Below, piece by piece: positions 1 through 12,335 of a stretch of DNA of 64,000 nt. Below the pieces are notes generated by a model. It had not been told where the DNA came from, ran no database searches, and saw only the letters and a program-made list of their open reading frames with translations. The stretch spans positions 62,001-126,000 of the forward strand of contig NIVC01001757.1 of assembly GCA_002269645.1 (NCBI GenBank). Direction: 5' to 3'. Made by a program: the position numbers and the translations under genes. The number at the start of each line of letters is the position of its first letter. Within the stretch, counting starts at the first letter, position 1. Origin of the DNA: Macrostomum lignano (lineage: Eukaryota).

Positions 1-1095
1 AAGTGTGCGCCTAATTCAGCTACTGCAACAGGGGACAGAAAAGGGATCACCCAATCAAGCAAGTCTAGGTAGCCTCTCACCCAACCAATCAGAAACTCAA
101 CAGCCGGAGACCAGGTATTCCACAGTGACCGAATCGGCTCGATGCTCTGCAGCTGTAGACTCGGGATGATGCTGTCACAATCTTCGCTGTTAGCTAGCAG
201 GTGATGCTCTTAACTGGATGTTCGCTGCTGTCGACCGGGGGACTCGTCCTTGATGATGATGGGGGAAGTTGCAATCCGGGGATCAAGAAACGACGGTCGT
301 GCTCCGGGAACCAGAAGTTGCGCGCTGGGCCCGAGCCAAAGTAAGAAGAAGTTGCGTCCGAGCGGGCCAAAAACTCCGGTTTAAATAGCCGCCAACTGGA
401 CCGCAGTTTGTTATAACAGAACACGTCGATTCTGATTGGCTGAGCCGTTTTGTTAAAATGAGCGCCGAATTTTCTGATTGGCTAAGCTCGTTGCTACCCA
501 GAATCACGTGACCGAGAGATCCTATCAGTTCCCACAGGGTCGTAAAAAGATGACAGGTGCGGCCATAAATCACTCAAAATCGCAACAAAATGATTTATGA
601 CTTTTCGCGTAGGATTGACAAAATTAATGAAAAAATATACATTAGAAAGCTCTTATTAAATAGAAAGTGAAGATAATGAAGAGAAATCGCTAATCGCTAA
701 TCCCAAGGTACTTTTAGGGGTAAAACGCATAGCTGTCAAAGCTGTCACACGCTTGAGTGAATCCGAACAATAGGCTCTGACCTCATAAATCTTGATGGCC
801 TGTCAAAATGATGAGAAAAAAGCTACCGCCCGCATCCTCTCAGACCATCTGGCGCCCGCTTCAACACTGAGTGAGGCGCAGGTGGCTGTCAGATCAGCTT
901 CGAAAGCGATGATTTATGACCCAAAAAGCTGCGCCTATGTTATTATGACTACTAGTATGGCCAGACATTATATCTAGTATAGATTCTATGGAAATTCGCA
1001 GAAAAAGGATAAAAATGCCCACTGCCCACTGTTAGTAGGCAAGTAAGTTTAGAACCCGTGTGCTAGCGCGGGATTTGGGAAAAAGTGCGTCCTCA

Positions 1096-1812
1096 TCAAT
1101 TCTCCATAATCATCATGACTAAATGATTCTCAATAATCATCATCACTAAATGATTCTCAATAATCATTATCACTAAATGATTCTCAATAATCATCATGAC
1201 TAAATGATTCTCAATAATCATCATGAATAAATGATTTTCAATAATCATTATCACTAAATGATTCTCAGTAATCATCATGACTAAATGATTCTCAATAATC
1301 ATTATCACTAAATGATTCTCAATAATCATTATCACTAAATGATTCTCAATAATCATCATGACTAAATGATTCTCAATAATCATTATCACTAAATGATTCT
1401 CAGTAATCATCATGAATAAATGATTCTCCATAATCATCATGACTAAATGATTCTCCATAATCATCATGACTAAATGTCGATTCTCAATAATCATTATCAC
1501 TAAATGATTCTCCATAATCATCATGACTAAATGATTCTAAAAAATAATGACTAAATGATTCTCCATAATCATCATGACTAAATGATTCTCAATAATCATC
1601 ATCACTAAATGATTCTCACTAATCATCATGACTAAACGATTCTTTATAATAATCATGACTAAATGATTCTCAATAATCATTATCACTAAATGATTCTCAA
1701 TAATTATTATCACTAAATGATTCTCAATAATCATCATCACTAAATGATTCTCACTAATCATCATCACTAAATGATTCTCCATAATCATCATGACTAAATG
1801 ATTCTCACTAAT
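1096..1812. repeat. Minisatellite, 27-bp unit (CTAAATGATTCTCAATAATCATCATCA), in the intron preceding the GT31 exon
   Basis: Unit read directly; accounts for the repetitive NHLVMMIIE ORFs. Confidence 0.95.
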
Positions 1813-1847
1813 CAGCACATAAGCTCCAGCCTCATTCCCTCATACAG

Positions 1848-2430
1848 GAACAACACGGTCAAGACGCTCTCCAGTTTAGTCTGGGCCAGCCGCCACCTTC
1901 CCCAGGCAGGCTCATCCCACCGGCTCGTGCTTCTATCAGACGATGACCTTCTAATGAACCCATTCGCAGCCGGCCCCCTGTTAAGCAGCGTCGCTGCCGC
2001 AGTCTCAAGAAACGGCCAAGAAAACTTTCTAGCAGGAAATTGCATCTCCAATTCAATTCCGATTCGAACTCCGGGCCACAAGTGGTCAATCAATCGATCA
2101 GATTATTCCCCAGAAACCTATCCCGACTACATATCGGCAGGTTGGCTAGTCATGCCTAGCCGACTATTGAATCGGTTGCTATGGGCGGCTAATCGAGTTA
2201 AACCTAGACTGCCATTCGACGATGTCTACTTGGGCTTGTTGGCCGCTAAGCTGAGATTAACGCTGGTCTGCCTGACTGAACTGCTGGATTTGGGCCAAGT
2301 TGCTAAGCTAAACCCGCAGCAGCCATTATTGGCCAAGCATGGCTACGGATTGAAGCCGGAAGGTCGCGATACCGGGCCGGCTAGATTGCTGCAAGATTGG
2401 CAGAGTTTGATGCGAGTGCACTGCAATTAA
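1848..2430 (+). CDS. Terminal exon of a GT31 family beta-1,3-galactosyl/GlcNAc-transferase (upstream exons not found in window)
   Basis: Acceptor catacag|G at 1847/1848 (phase 2); NNTVKTLSSLVWAS matches the GT31 NLTLKT..L.W motif; SDDD (DxD), R..HKW, YPDY and FDDVYLG (EDVYxG) motifs; stop TAA 2428-2430. Confidence 0.85.
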
Positions 2431-2569
2431 TAATGCGGATTTTGGCTAATAGTTTATTAAGCTGTTGAAATGTCGCCCTTGTTGATGTGCAATCAATGTC
2501 TACAGGTCTTGATAGCAGACCAGATTAGAACGAGTCGCATGAGTAAACTTCGGGTCATTGAGGATATTT

Positions 2570-3606
2570 GGGTCACGGGTGGCATTGAAATCATGATAAT
2601 TTTTTCATATAGGTCATTCTAGTCGGGTCATGGGTAGAGTATGGGTCATATTATAATCGGGTCATGGGAGATATAGGTCATGCTAGTAGTAGGGTCATGG
2701 GTAGAATATGGGTCATGCTATATAGTCGGGTCATGCTAGTTGGGTCATGGGTAGAATATGGGTCATATTATAGTCGAGTCATGGGTAGAATATTGGTCAT
2801 GCTATAGTTGGGTCATGGGAGATATGGGTCATGCTAGTAGTAGGGTCATGGGTAGGGGGGCCGTAGCCCATGCAGCGGTAGCGCAGCTGCTCTGATATGC
2901 CAGCGGCCCAGGCTCGATTCCAAGTGCAGTCACATTAATTTGGGGCTGAATTGGAATCTCGGCTTGGCTCTGCTCGTGCAATTAACGGCCTTGAGAGCCA
3001 ACCCCCCAAGGCACAGTGAAGTGTACATGACTAACGATAATATAAAGTTAGGGCCGCTGTACACTCCTGTGTGAGTATGTGCCTGCGTACGTATCCGCGC
3101 GCTTGTGTGCCTGCTCAGGGGAGTCGGCGGAATGGGCAGTAATGCCTCTCGCCGGTTGTGTGCCTATGTCGCTTAAAGTGCGCCAGGGTGCACACAACCC
3201 CCTGCCTCTAATAAAAAAGGGTCATGGGTGGAATATGGGTCATGCTAGTCGATTCATGGGTAGAATATGGGTCATGCTAGTCGGGTCATGGGTAGAATAT
3301 GGGTCATGCTAGTAGGGTCATGGGTAGAATATGGGTCATGCTAGTCGGGTCATGGGTAGAATATGGGTCATGCTAGTCGGGTCATGGGTAGAATATGGGT
3401 CATGCTAGTCGGGTCATGGGTAGAATATGGGTCATGCTAGTCGGGTCATGGGTAGAATATAGGTCATGCTAGTCGGGTCATGGGTAGAATATGGGTCATG
3501 CTAGTCGGGTCATGGGTAGAAAATGGGTCATGCTAGTCGGGTCATGGGTAGAATATGGGTCATGCTAGTCGGGTCATGGGTAGAAAATGGGTCATGCTGG
3601 TCGGGT
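2570..3606. repeat. Minisatellite, 32-bp unit (GGGTCATGCTAGTCGGGTCATGGGTAGAATAT), split by a SINE
   Basis: Degenerate copies 2570-2854, clean copies 3219-3606. Confidence 0.9.
2855..3218 (+). mobile_element. tRNA-derived SINE
   Basis: A-box-like TAGCCCATGCAGCGG (2864-2878), B-box-like GGCTCGATTCC (2911-2921), AATAAAAAA tail, flanked by AGGGTCATGGGT at 2842-2853 and 3218-3229. Confidence 0.75.
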
Positions 3607-4627
3607 AGATATGCAAGCAGACAAGCCATCCCATATGTCCTTCCGCGAGCTACAGATAGAACCGTGTGAGTAATTTTGATCGCGTTTTTTGGCCAAAATG
3701 GTTATTATTACATGTGCTTGCACTTTTAATGTCATAATTGCTTAGCTAAGATTGAAATGTGATATTTTATATTGTAAATATATACCATTGAAATACGGCA
3801 TGTAATTTTAACTTCACTTGCGTTGGATTCAAGTAGCAATGGACCCAGAGTTTTATTGGCAATTTAATGACTATAACCGATTCAAATTTAAAGAGCAGGA
3901 AGTCCTTTGTTAAACTAAGAAAGAAATGCAGTCAGGAAGGAGCTGCCCTGAAAGAAGTTTTGGACTTGATGGATAGCCCAGTTACCGATAATAATAGTAA
4001 TTATAATAAGAGGAATTTTCGATTTTATTAAAAACTCTAACTTTTACAGTTGAACTGACACTTTTGAATTGGTGCGAAATTAGCACAACCGAATTAACAA
4101 AATAAATAGTAAAAAGCACTACAAGCTGCAGGAATATTTTTAATGTTGGAACTGCAGGAAATTTGACTCAACTAAGCCAAGTTAAGGAAACCAAAATCAA
4201 GAGATTTTTTATTATTAGAAACACAAAAAACCCTGAAACCATATACTGTACATACTACTGGCAAACTACTAATACAGTAGTGTGCGTAGGCAATAAAAAT
4301 AAGATAGTTTAATTAGTACAAAATTATTCCGACATTTCTATGGAAATAAAAAATATAGTAAAAACCCGGAAGATACTACTTAAACTAATCCAATAAGTAG
4401 TGTGTGTTGATCAGGGCTCAGCATCTCTCTTCTCTCCCCCCATTGACAATGTCTCAACGAGTTGTTGGGCAATGGCAAATCAGAATGTAAGGCGCTAAAC
4501 CGCCCACTTACTAAATTCCCTAACCGAATTGACATTAATATTACATGTGCATAAATATAGATTCCAAAATCCCAGAATGGAAAGGAACAAAAGTCCATTA
4601 GTAAGTGCAAGCAGTCAAGCACACAGT

Positions 4628-4924
4628 TCAAGGCTGGTCGCTGGGCTCTTGAACAACCACCAGTAGATAGTCCTGATCAGGAGCCACCATAATTTCATTT
4701 TTACGCGATCGAAGCCTCAGGAACACCAAATCATTGCTGGGATCCAGATCCCGGACAACAGACCGGGCCTTCAATGCCAGCTGTTGGATCAGGGAGCAGT
4801 ACTGCACAGTGAGGCTGGTATCAGAGAAAGTACTACGAATCGGGATCCCATCGTAGTTGACAATGATCACCCCAGTGACGCCTTTATGCGACTGGATTCG
4901 CTTGAATGTCTCTTCGACCTCCGC
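4628..4924 (-). CDS. DYNLRB: Dynein light chain roadblock-type, main exon (initiator ATG expected on an upstream exon)
   Basis: [23 protein letters not shown]...[41 protein letters not shown] closely matches DYNLRB1/2; acceptor ttttctttgcattccag|GCG; stop at 4628-4630. Confidence 0.96.
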   Translation of the reverse strand, partial: AEVEETFKRIQSHKGVTGVIIVNYDGIPIRSTFSDTSLTVQYCSLIQQLALKARSVVRDLDPSNDLVFLRLRSRKNEIMVAPDQDYLLVVVQEPSDQP

Positions 4925-5070
4925 CTGGAATGCAAAGAAAAAAAAAATCATTAACTATTTTTTCCTCAAAATTTTTACATTTCAAGGTTAGAACTCTGAC
5001 TACACTACTTAACAGTAGTAGGCAGTAGACTTATTAAAGGATAACTCTATTTTTTAACGACTAATCAATT

Positions 5071-5311
5071 GTTACACCTGTTCTAATGGGCTCAGCCGCA
5101 GAGATTGCTGTTAAGTCCAAGGACTGAGGCGTCGCCACACACACCTTCAATTACCCCAGCTAATGCTGGCACCCATTTTACCAGCTGGGTGAACTGAAGC
5201 AATGCAGAGTTAAGTGTCTTGCTCAGGGACACAAATTGTCCCAAGTGCGTCGGGAATGGAACCACCGACCTTACAGTTGGGAGTTGGGCACTTTAACCAC
5301 AAGGCTACACC
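5071..5311 (-). mobile_element. CORE-type (MIR-like) tRNA SINE
   Basis: Minus strand: A-box TAGCCTTGTGG, B-box-like GGTTCCATTCC, then TGTGTCCCTGAGCAAGACACTTAAC...CAGCTGGTAAAATGGG resembling the SINE CORE domain. Confidence 0.8.
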
Positions 5312-6278
5312 ATAATTGGGTCAATTTCGCCTATGTCACTCTTCAAAATGACATTTTTGGAATTTCTATCCTTTTTTGGTGTGTTTGAAAGTGAACGAGC
5401 ATTGTGAAATACAAACTTATAAAACTATATTTATAAATATTTATTTGGTTTTAATAAAGTATTATTCTAGTATAACATACTGTTTATTAAGCAGGCGAAT
5501 TACACTGAATTGAACATTACAATAAAAAGCCTGGAAATTGATGCAAAAATTATATAATTGGCAGGAGATCAAAAGTTGAACATTTTAGCAAACAACAAAA
5601 AGTTAAATGTTAGTGCAAAGTACAGTACCAAGTAATCAATGTGATAATGCTTACTATTAAGGGCCAACCATCAACAAGGCTCACTGGAATTAAACAAAAT
5701 ATCAAATTAAAATTAAAATTTTATTAAAAATTAAATAAAATCAACTATTTTTAAAACACAATTTATAAAATAATAATTTTATTTGGTAAAATAAACAACA
5801 TGAAAAATGGACACATTGCCTTATTTGGCACAACAGTAAGAGTGAGGGCCAATAAATGGCTATTAATCAACCAGTTTAGGTTGCATTTGTTAAAATAATT
5901 ATAAATTGTTTAGGTGTTATTTCTAAAATTCCCAAACTTTGAAGATGCCATTCCCAGAGTTAAATAGTGCTAATTCTTTTTTTCAACCTTAAATTGACAA
6001 TCTTACAAAAAACACCTATATATGAAGTTTAAGCAGAGGTGACACTTGAAAACAGAAATTTAAAGTGAGCCTATTACACAAACAAGAGAGACAATTTGCC
6101 ATTAAAAATAGTCAAGTTGGTTCAATTATGAATGTACAACATTCGACCAACCCAGGAAAGGGTATAGCACAGCAAGAAAACTAAGCAAATTGATGGTATT
6201 AGCAGGGCATAATATACTGGTCCTTGTTCATTAATAGATTCAAGAGTTGGAAAAGACTGCATGACAGATATTGCTAGT

Positions 6279-6422
6279 CTAGGCAGTAGACGATGACTCC
6301 TCCAGATATCTTTCAGAAATTGTCCGAGATACGTAGAACAAAAATATCCAACTGATTAGTATGATTGCCAATAGAAGGAAGTTCAAAAGGTATCCAATTG
6401 CATGTCGACTATAGGAATACAT
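6279..6422 (-). CDS. Candidate 47-aa single-pass membrane micropeptide
   Basis: aaaATG; MYSYSRHAIGYLLNFLLLAIILISWIFLFYVSRTISERYLEESSSTA*; candidate acceptor tgcag 4 nt upstream; below the ORF-track length cut-off. Confidence 0.3.
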   Translation of the reverse strand: MYSYSRHAIGYLLNFLLLAIILISWIFLFYVSRTISERYLEESSSTA

Positions 6423-7693
6423 TTTGCTGCATCATGAAAATTGTGTTTATTTTTGTCAAAAAAAAACATAAAATGTAATCTTTATAGATTAAACAAATGA
6501 AAGCAAAGTCAAAACAACTAAATAAATATTCTAAATTGACTAATTTAATTATCTGAGATATTATTAAATACATCTTTGCTAAAGCAAAGAGATAAAACAA
6601 AAATATACTTGATACTTAATGATGCATTATATTGATTATAAAAGAGGGTCACAAACATAAAAATGATGCAAGTGAATAAATTAGGGTTAGGGTAAGAACT
6701 GCTGTCCTAGCATACAATAAGGGTACTTGCCATTTTTCAGCATATATCAATATACATCTCACTATGGTATATCCCACTATATATGACACATTGGAAACAT
6801 TATGTCAATGACATATTTTTAGTCCTAGCCTATAAACAAGGTCCTGTATTTTTCTCCCACTAGACCCATACACTAGGCCCTAGGCCCTAACAAATAATCC
6901 AAACTATGGTGTTTATACAATCCACCTATACTAAATGTCTAATATACTCTAACTTTATCTAAAAAAATATTTTAGGCCTAAGTAAAAATATTTTTAATTT
7001 ATAGAAAGATCTGGCTTTTATTTTATACTGATAGGGGAACTATGTTAGATATAGGCCTAGTTATTGGATTTCATATTGTTAAAACAAAGTTATAGGAAAT
7101 TAATTAGCTATAGGCCTAGAGAGATTTTAGGCCCTAGCCTAGATAGGCCCCTATGGATATGGATAGGCTATAGGAAAAATATATAGGGCCTACCTAGCCT
7201 ATGGCTGTAATAGATATAGGCCTTTATTGCACAACCTAATTATTTACAGAGCAATTTGGTACCTTACAAAACAAAAAATAGGTAAAATAGGCCTACTTGT
7301 CTACAGTCTTAGAAACTAAGCTAAGCCTAATGACACTTAGGACTTAACAAGTAACTCGAGCAATTGTTGCGCAGAACTGCTCCTGCAACTTATTATTTAT
7401 AAAAACTTCTTTAAATAAAAAACAATTTATTATACTGTGACAGAGACACGAGTCTAGTAGTCTGCTCGACTACTCCATCACTGTAAGTGTAAGACCTTGG
7501 CCCGCGCCAAGTAATTTGCAAAAAATGAATGTGTGATGCTTAAGTCAAATCTTGTAATTTATTCAGGAGTGGCAACCCAAATAATTGACCATTATTTGGT
7601 TTGAATTATGGAAAACAGAAAAAAATCATAAATAAATGCTTCCAGAAGTCAATCATCGCAGGAAAGCACACTAAAACGCGTCTTTTTACCCAC

Positions 7694-7706
7694 GTTGCTA
7701 AGCAAC
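7694..7706. promoter_or_regulatory. RFX X-box in divergent promoter region
   Basis: Palindrome GTTGCT-A-AGCAAC fitting RYYNYY-N1-3-RRNRAC; about 220 bp upstream of ATG 7930 and upstream of roadblock on the other strand. Confidence 0.6.
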
Positions 7707-7929
7707 ACAGTTTGATGTTTGTTAAACTAAATGACATCAACCGTTTTTTAACTTTGGAATTACTTAATTTATTTACTGAACTAACTGTATCGGCGGCTTT
7801 TATCTACGATTACTTCATTCGTCCATTTTAACGATTGACTTTTTATAAAGTTATTTAGCGCAATTTTGAATTGCTTCTCAAACACTGTTTTACATTACCC
7901 ATTGAAGCATGTAACGTGAGCATTGCGTT

Positions 7930-8916
7930 ATGTCTGTTCTTAGTGAAGAAAGCGGCTCTTCTGTCTTGACAGGTGATACGGGTGACACTGAAGACTTCTG
8001 GAATAAAAAGAAAGAAAGGTAAATTTGTTTTCGCCTGCTTCAAACGTCATAATTATGAAATTCAAATGTTTAATTTGATTTTTTGAATCGAGGTTTCTAG
8101 CATGCAATGCGAATAAAATAATATCTTATTGCAGCCTTCGTTCATTGAAGCAGACAGTAAGAAATGGCAAGCGAAATTTGTTGATAAAGAGAACAACTCC
8201 AGCTTTTGGACGGTGAGTCATAAAAAAATTTTAGGAATTAATTTTACAATACCAAACTCACACACCCGGCCCGGCCAACACGCAATCGCAACCAACAGCA
8301 GCCCGGGTGGTAGCTACGCCCGCCAGCGCCAGCAGCAGTTGCAGCAGCAGCAACAGGCCAAGCGCCTATCCACCATACACGAGCCGCGCACCATCGATCA
8401 CAGCAACTATCGCAACTATTTGAGGCGTCGTTTTCCACACATCACCGGCAATGGAAATCGGCGTCGATCAACAAAATCTCCGGCTTCGTCTCTGCCGGAA
8501 AATGACGACGATGATGTGCCACTGAGCGAGTACGCGTCAGTTGTGCGACCGTCTGGCAGGTTGGCCGGGGGCGCGGCGGCAGCGGCAGCGGCGGCGACGT
8601 CGGCGTCCCGACCATCGATGAGGCTGAAGCCGGGACGATCGCGCGAAAAATCAGATAATTTGGAAGACGACGTGAGCTTAGAGGCGCTAGAGTATATTTG
8701 TTATGTTACTATTTTTACCTGTAAAATGCAGAAAACTGACATTGTGCATCACTTCAGACGCTGGAGAGTTACATCTACTTCTGCGAGAATCGCCAATTCG
8801 CCTATGATTTTGTTGACGGATTTATCAATCAGCACCTAGATGAGGACGAGATACCGGATGTGCTGATCGACAGCGTGAGCAGTTTGAGGGTGAGTTTCGG
8901 ACAAAGGGGGTTGGGA

Positions 8917-9007
<91 letters not shown>

Positions 9008-11962
9008 TAGACAGACAGGCAGACAGGCAGACAGACAGGCAGACATTCTGTTGCTACGCAGGAGCCGCCGCAGTTCCGCCAGCCGAGAGCCAGGGACGCC
9101 GCCACCACAAACGGTTTGGACTCGGCCCGCTCGAACGATTCCGGCGTTGGCGGCTTCCGCGGTCGTCGCGTGGGTTTCCGAGGCCTTCAACCGCTGCCAC
9201 CGGTGCAGCGAGGCGCGGCGTCAGCGGCTGGCCCAGTTGACGACGGCTTCAACGACGACCTCAACGATGAGGATAGTCCGGAAGTGGCCGAAATTTTGCG
9301 CGCCGCGGCTGCTGCAAGGCATCGGGATCAGGTGCGCTGCTAGTTTGAATAAACATCTACTTTCTAGTTTAAATTTAAACATCCTACCTGAACACCCCTC
9401 CTGAATACCCCCCCCCTGAACACCCTCCTGAACATCCATCCTGAACGCCCCACCTGAACGCCCTTCCTGAACAGCCCCCCCCTGAACACTCGCTTGAATA
9501 CCCCTCCTGAACACCCTCCTGAACACCCCACCTGAACACTCCTCCTGAATACCCCTCCTGAACACCCCTCCTGAACACCCCTCCTGAACACCCCTCCTGA
9601 ACACCCCACCTGAACACTCCTCCTGAATACCCCTCCTGAACACCCCTTCTGAACACCCTCCTCCTGAATACCCCTCCTGAACACCCTCCTGAACACCCCC
9701 TCCTGAACACCCCTCCTGAACACCCCTCCTGAACACCCCTCCTGAACACCCTCCTGAACACCCCTCCTGAACACCCTCCTGAATACCCCTCCTGAACACC
9801 CCTCCTGAACACCCTCCTGAACACCCCTCCTGAACACCCTCCTGAATACCCCTCCTGAACACCCCTCCTGGACACCCCACCTGAACACCCCTCCTGAACA
9901 CCCCACCTGAACACCCCTCCTGAACACCCCTCCTGAACACTCCTCCTGAATACCCCTCCTGAACACCCCTTCTGAACACCCTCCTCCTGAATACCCCTCC
10001 TGAACACCCTCCTGAACACCCCCTCCTGAACACCCCTCCTGAACACCCCTCCTGAACACCCTCCTGAACACCCCTCCTGAACACCCTCCTGAATACCCCT
10101 CCTGAACACCCCTCCTGAACACCCCACCTGAACACCCCTCCTGAACACCCCACCTGAACACCCCTCCTGAACATCTATCAGGCCCGTCGCCGGGTCTCCT
10201 CCCCGACTCTTTCGTCTCAATCGTCTCTGTCGCTGCTTGGCGGTCGCCGCGCGTCGCCCCGAGACGCCACTTCAGTGGACGCAATGCAGCAGCTGTTCCG
10301 GGAGATCTTGCCCGACATCATGCGAGACGTCGCATCCGAAGCTGTTGTGGAAATTTCTCAAGGCATCGTTAATAAAATTGACATTGTTGATATAATGGCG
10401 CCGCATATTCTTGACGAGACGCTGAACGAGCTCATTGTTGAACTGTGCAGCGAGTCTATTAAACACATGGCTATGCAGGTGAGTTGCGGTTCTGCATAAA
10501 TCAACGGTTTTTTATTTAATCACTGCTTAAACTCGGATTTTGGATTTCAGGAGATAGAAGGGTGAGAGAGGAGAGAGAGGAGAGAGAAAGCAGGAGATAG
10601 AAGGGTGAGAGAGGAGAGAGAGGAGAGAGAAATCAGGAGATAGAAGGGTGAGAGAGGAGAGAGAGTGACGCTAAAAAAAACTGATGCAGGACAGTGGAAA
10701 AAGTGAATTTAACCAGAATGAATAATCATTTTCCAGGAAGTGGCGGTCAGCTATCACTACGACATATTCATCGAACTGGTTGACGAGCTCGTCATGGAAT
10801 ACGGGCCGGGTATTGCTAGGAAAGCGGTCGGAGAGGACTTCTTGGATAGTCTACTGGACGAACTGGTTGAACCCGTAGCCGACGCGATGGCGGCGGAGGT
10901 GGCGGCGGATCTGCTGGCCGAATATGACACTAGATTGAGGCGAAGGGACTTGAAAGAGGTGAGGCCTGAGGTCTGAGATTGGTATTAGAGTGGGTGTTCT
11001 GCTGTTATACTTATTGATACTTGGCTATTTGGAGATGCTAGAGACTGTTCTATATGGTGTTAGATGGAGAGTGTTCTATGGTGTTAGCTATGGTGTTAGA
11101 TTGAGAGCCTTCCATATTATTAGATTGAGAGCCTTCCATATTGTTAGATTGAGAGCCTTCCATGTTGTTAGCTTGAGAGCCTTCCATGTTGTTAGCTTGA
11201 GAGCCTTCCATGTTGTTAGCTTGAGAGCCTTCCATGTTGTTAGCTTGAGAGCCTTCCATGTTGTTAGCTTGAGAGCCTTCCATGTTGTTAGATGCCTTCC
11301 ATGTTGTTAGATGCCTTCCATGTTGTTAGCTTGAGAGCCTTCCATGTTGTTAGATGCCTTCCATGTTGTTAGATGCCTTCCATGTTGTTAGCTTGAGAGC
11401 CTTCCATGTTGTTAGATGCCTTCCATATTGTTAGATTGAGAGCCTTCCATGTTGTTAGATTGAGAGCCTTCCATATTGTTAGATTGAGAGCCTTCCATGT
11501 TGTTAGATTGAGAGCCTTCCATATTGTTAGATTGAGAGCCTTCCATGTTGTTAGATTGAGAGCCTTCCATGTTGTTAGATTGAGAGCGTTTCCCCTCATC
11601 TACTCCTGACCCCGCCATCCCTCCCGCAGATCAAGCGTACGGCCAAAGAGAAGCCGCTGGAGACCCTGATCTTTCAACAGCTGATCGAGAAGCTGGCTCA
11701 GGGTGACTCCTTGCTCATCACCAGCGGAACTCTGCATCATTTTGTCGAAGCTACAGAACTGGACATTCTGTTGAAACAGCTCAACCAAGTGGCTCGAGCT
11801 AGACGACTGACTCTGGAGAGCCAGCCCGTCAGGGCCCTGCACCAGCGACTATTCACCGACGCTGCACTCGGCGTCATCACTGACGAGCTGCTCGACCAGG
11901 TGGACGCCGATCTGGCCGATCTGGACTTTGACGAGGTAGAGGATGCCAGACAAAAACGGTGA
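7930..11962 (+). CDS. Uncharacterised protein, 8 exons, ~572 aa; low-complexity N-half, acidic helical C-half
   Basis: Exons 7930-8018, 8135-8212, 8299-8671, 8833-8889, 9062-9331, 10182-10478, 10737-10958, 11630-11962; all GT-AG, phases consistent, 1719 nt open; C-half MQQLFREILPDIMRDVASE...DFLDSLLDELVEP...ALHQRLFTDAALGVITDELLDQVDADL; family not recognised. Confidence 0.8.
8917..9044. repeat. (GACA)n microsatellite in intron 4
   Basis: About 32 copies read directly. Confidence 0.97.
9386..10172. repeat. C-rich 13-14-bp minisatellite (CCTGAACACCCCT) in intron 5
   Basis: Read directly; source of the long GCSGGVFRR ORFs. Confidence 0.95.
11042..11588. repeat. 24-bp minisatellite (TTGAGAGCCTTCCATGTTGTTAGA) in intron 7
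   Basis: Read directly. Confidence 0.95.
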
Positions 11963-11982
11963 GCTAATGAATTGCTGTGTCC

Positions 11983-12335
11983 GAGAGCACCTGTCTGTCC
12001 CTGGAAATCTTCAACCTGCCTTCCGAGAACTTCCAATCTGTTTCTGTCCGAGAAACTTCAACCTCTCTGTCCAAGAACTCCCAAACCTCTTTTTCCGAAA
12101 ACATCCAACCTCTCTGTCCAAGAACCTCCAACCTGTCTATCCGAGAACCACCAACATGTCTCTCAGAGAAACTCAAACTCGTCTGTCCGAGAACCTCCAA
12201 CCTGTCTCTGTCTGAGAACTCTCAACCTGTCTGTCCGAGAACCCTCAAACCTCTGTCCGAAAACATCCAACCTCCGCTGTCCAAGGACCTCCAACATGTC
12301 TGTCCGAGAAACTCCAACCTGTCTGTCCAAAGTTA
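11983..12335. repeat. Degenerate ~24-bp minisatellite (TGTCCGAGAACCTCCAACCTGTC) just after the stop codon
   Basis: Read directly. Confidence 0.85.

Noticed and set aside
1-573. Minus-strand open frame 211-1 (LLANSEDCDS...GWVRGYLDLLDW) and CCAAT/E-box-like motifs at 430-510
   Set aside because: No ATG, no convincing splice site and no recognisable homology; truncated by the window start. No GT31-like upstream exon could be read here on the plus strand.
3611-4030. Possible small two-exon ORF (MQADKPSH... joined at gtgagt 3667)
   Set aside because: Short, no motif, and the join is frame-ambiguous; expected by chance.
6681-6693. TTAGGGTTAGGG telomeric repeat
   Set aside because: Only two units; not distinguishable from chance.
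9221-10284. Long ORFs in repeats (GCSGGVFRR, MWIITNPS, WDLGFTQS, YCPTVDR and similar)
   Set aside because: They arise from stop-free minisatellite units, are often open in several frames, and lie inside introns of well-supported genes.
10548-10665. Three repeated cag|GAGATAGAAGG|gtgag micro-exon-like units
   Set aside because: 11 nt each, so frameshifting, and joining two creates a TAG; the flanking exons already join in phase 0. Treated as an AG-rich repeat.
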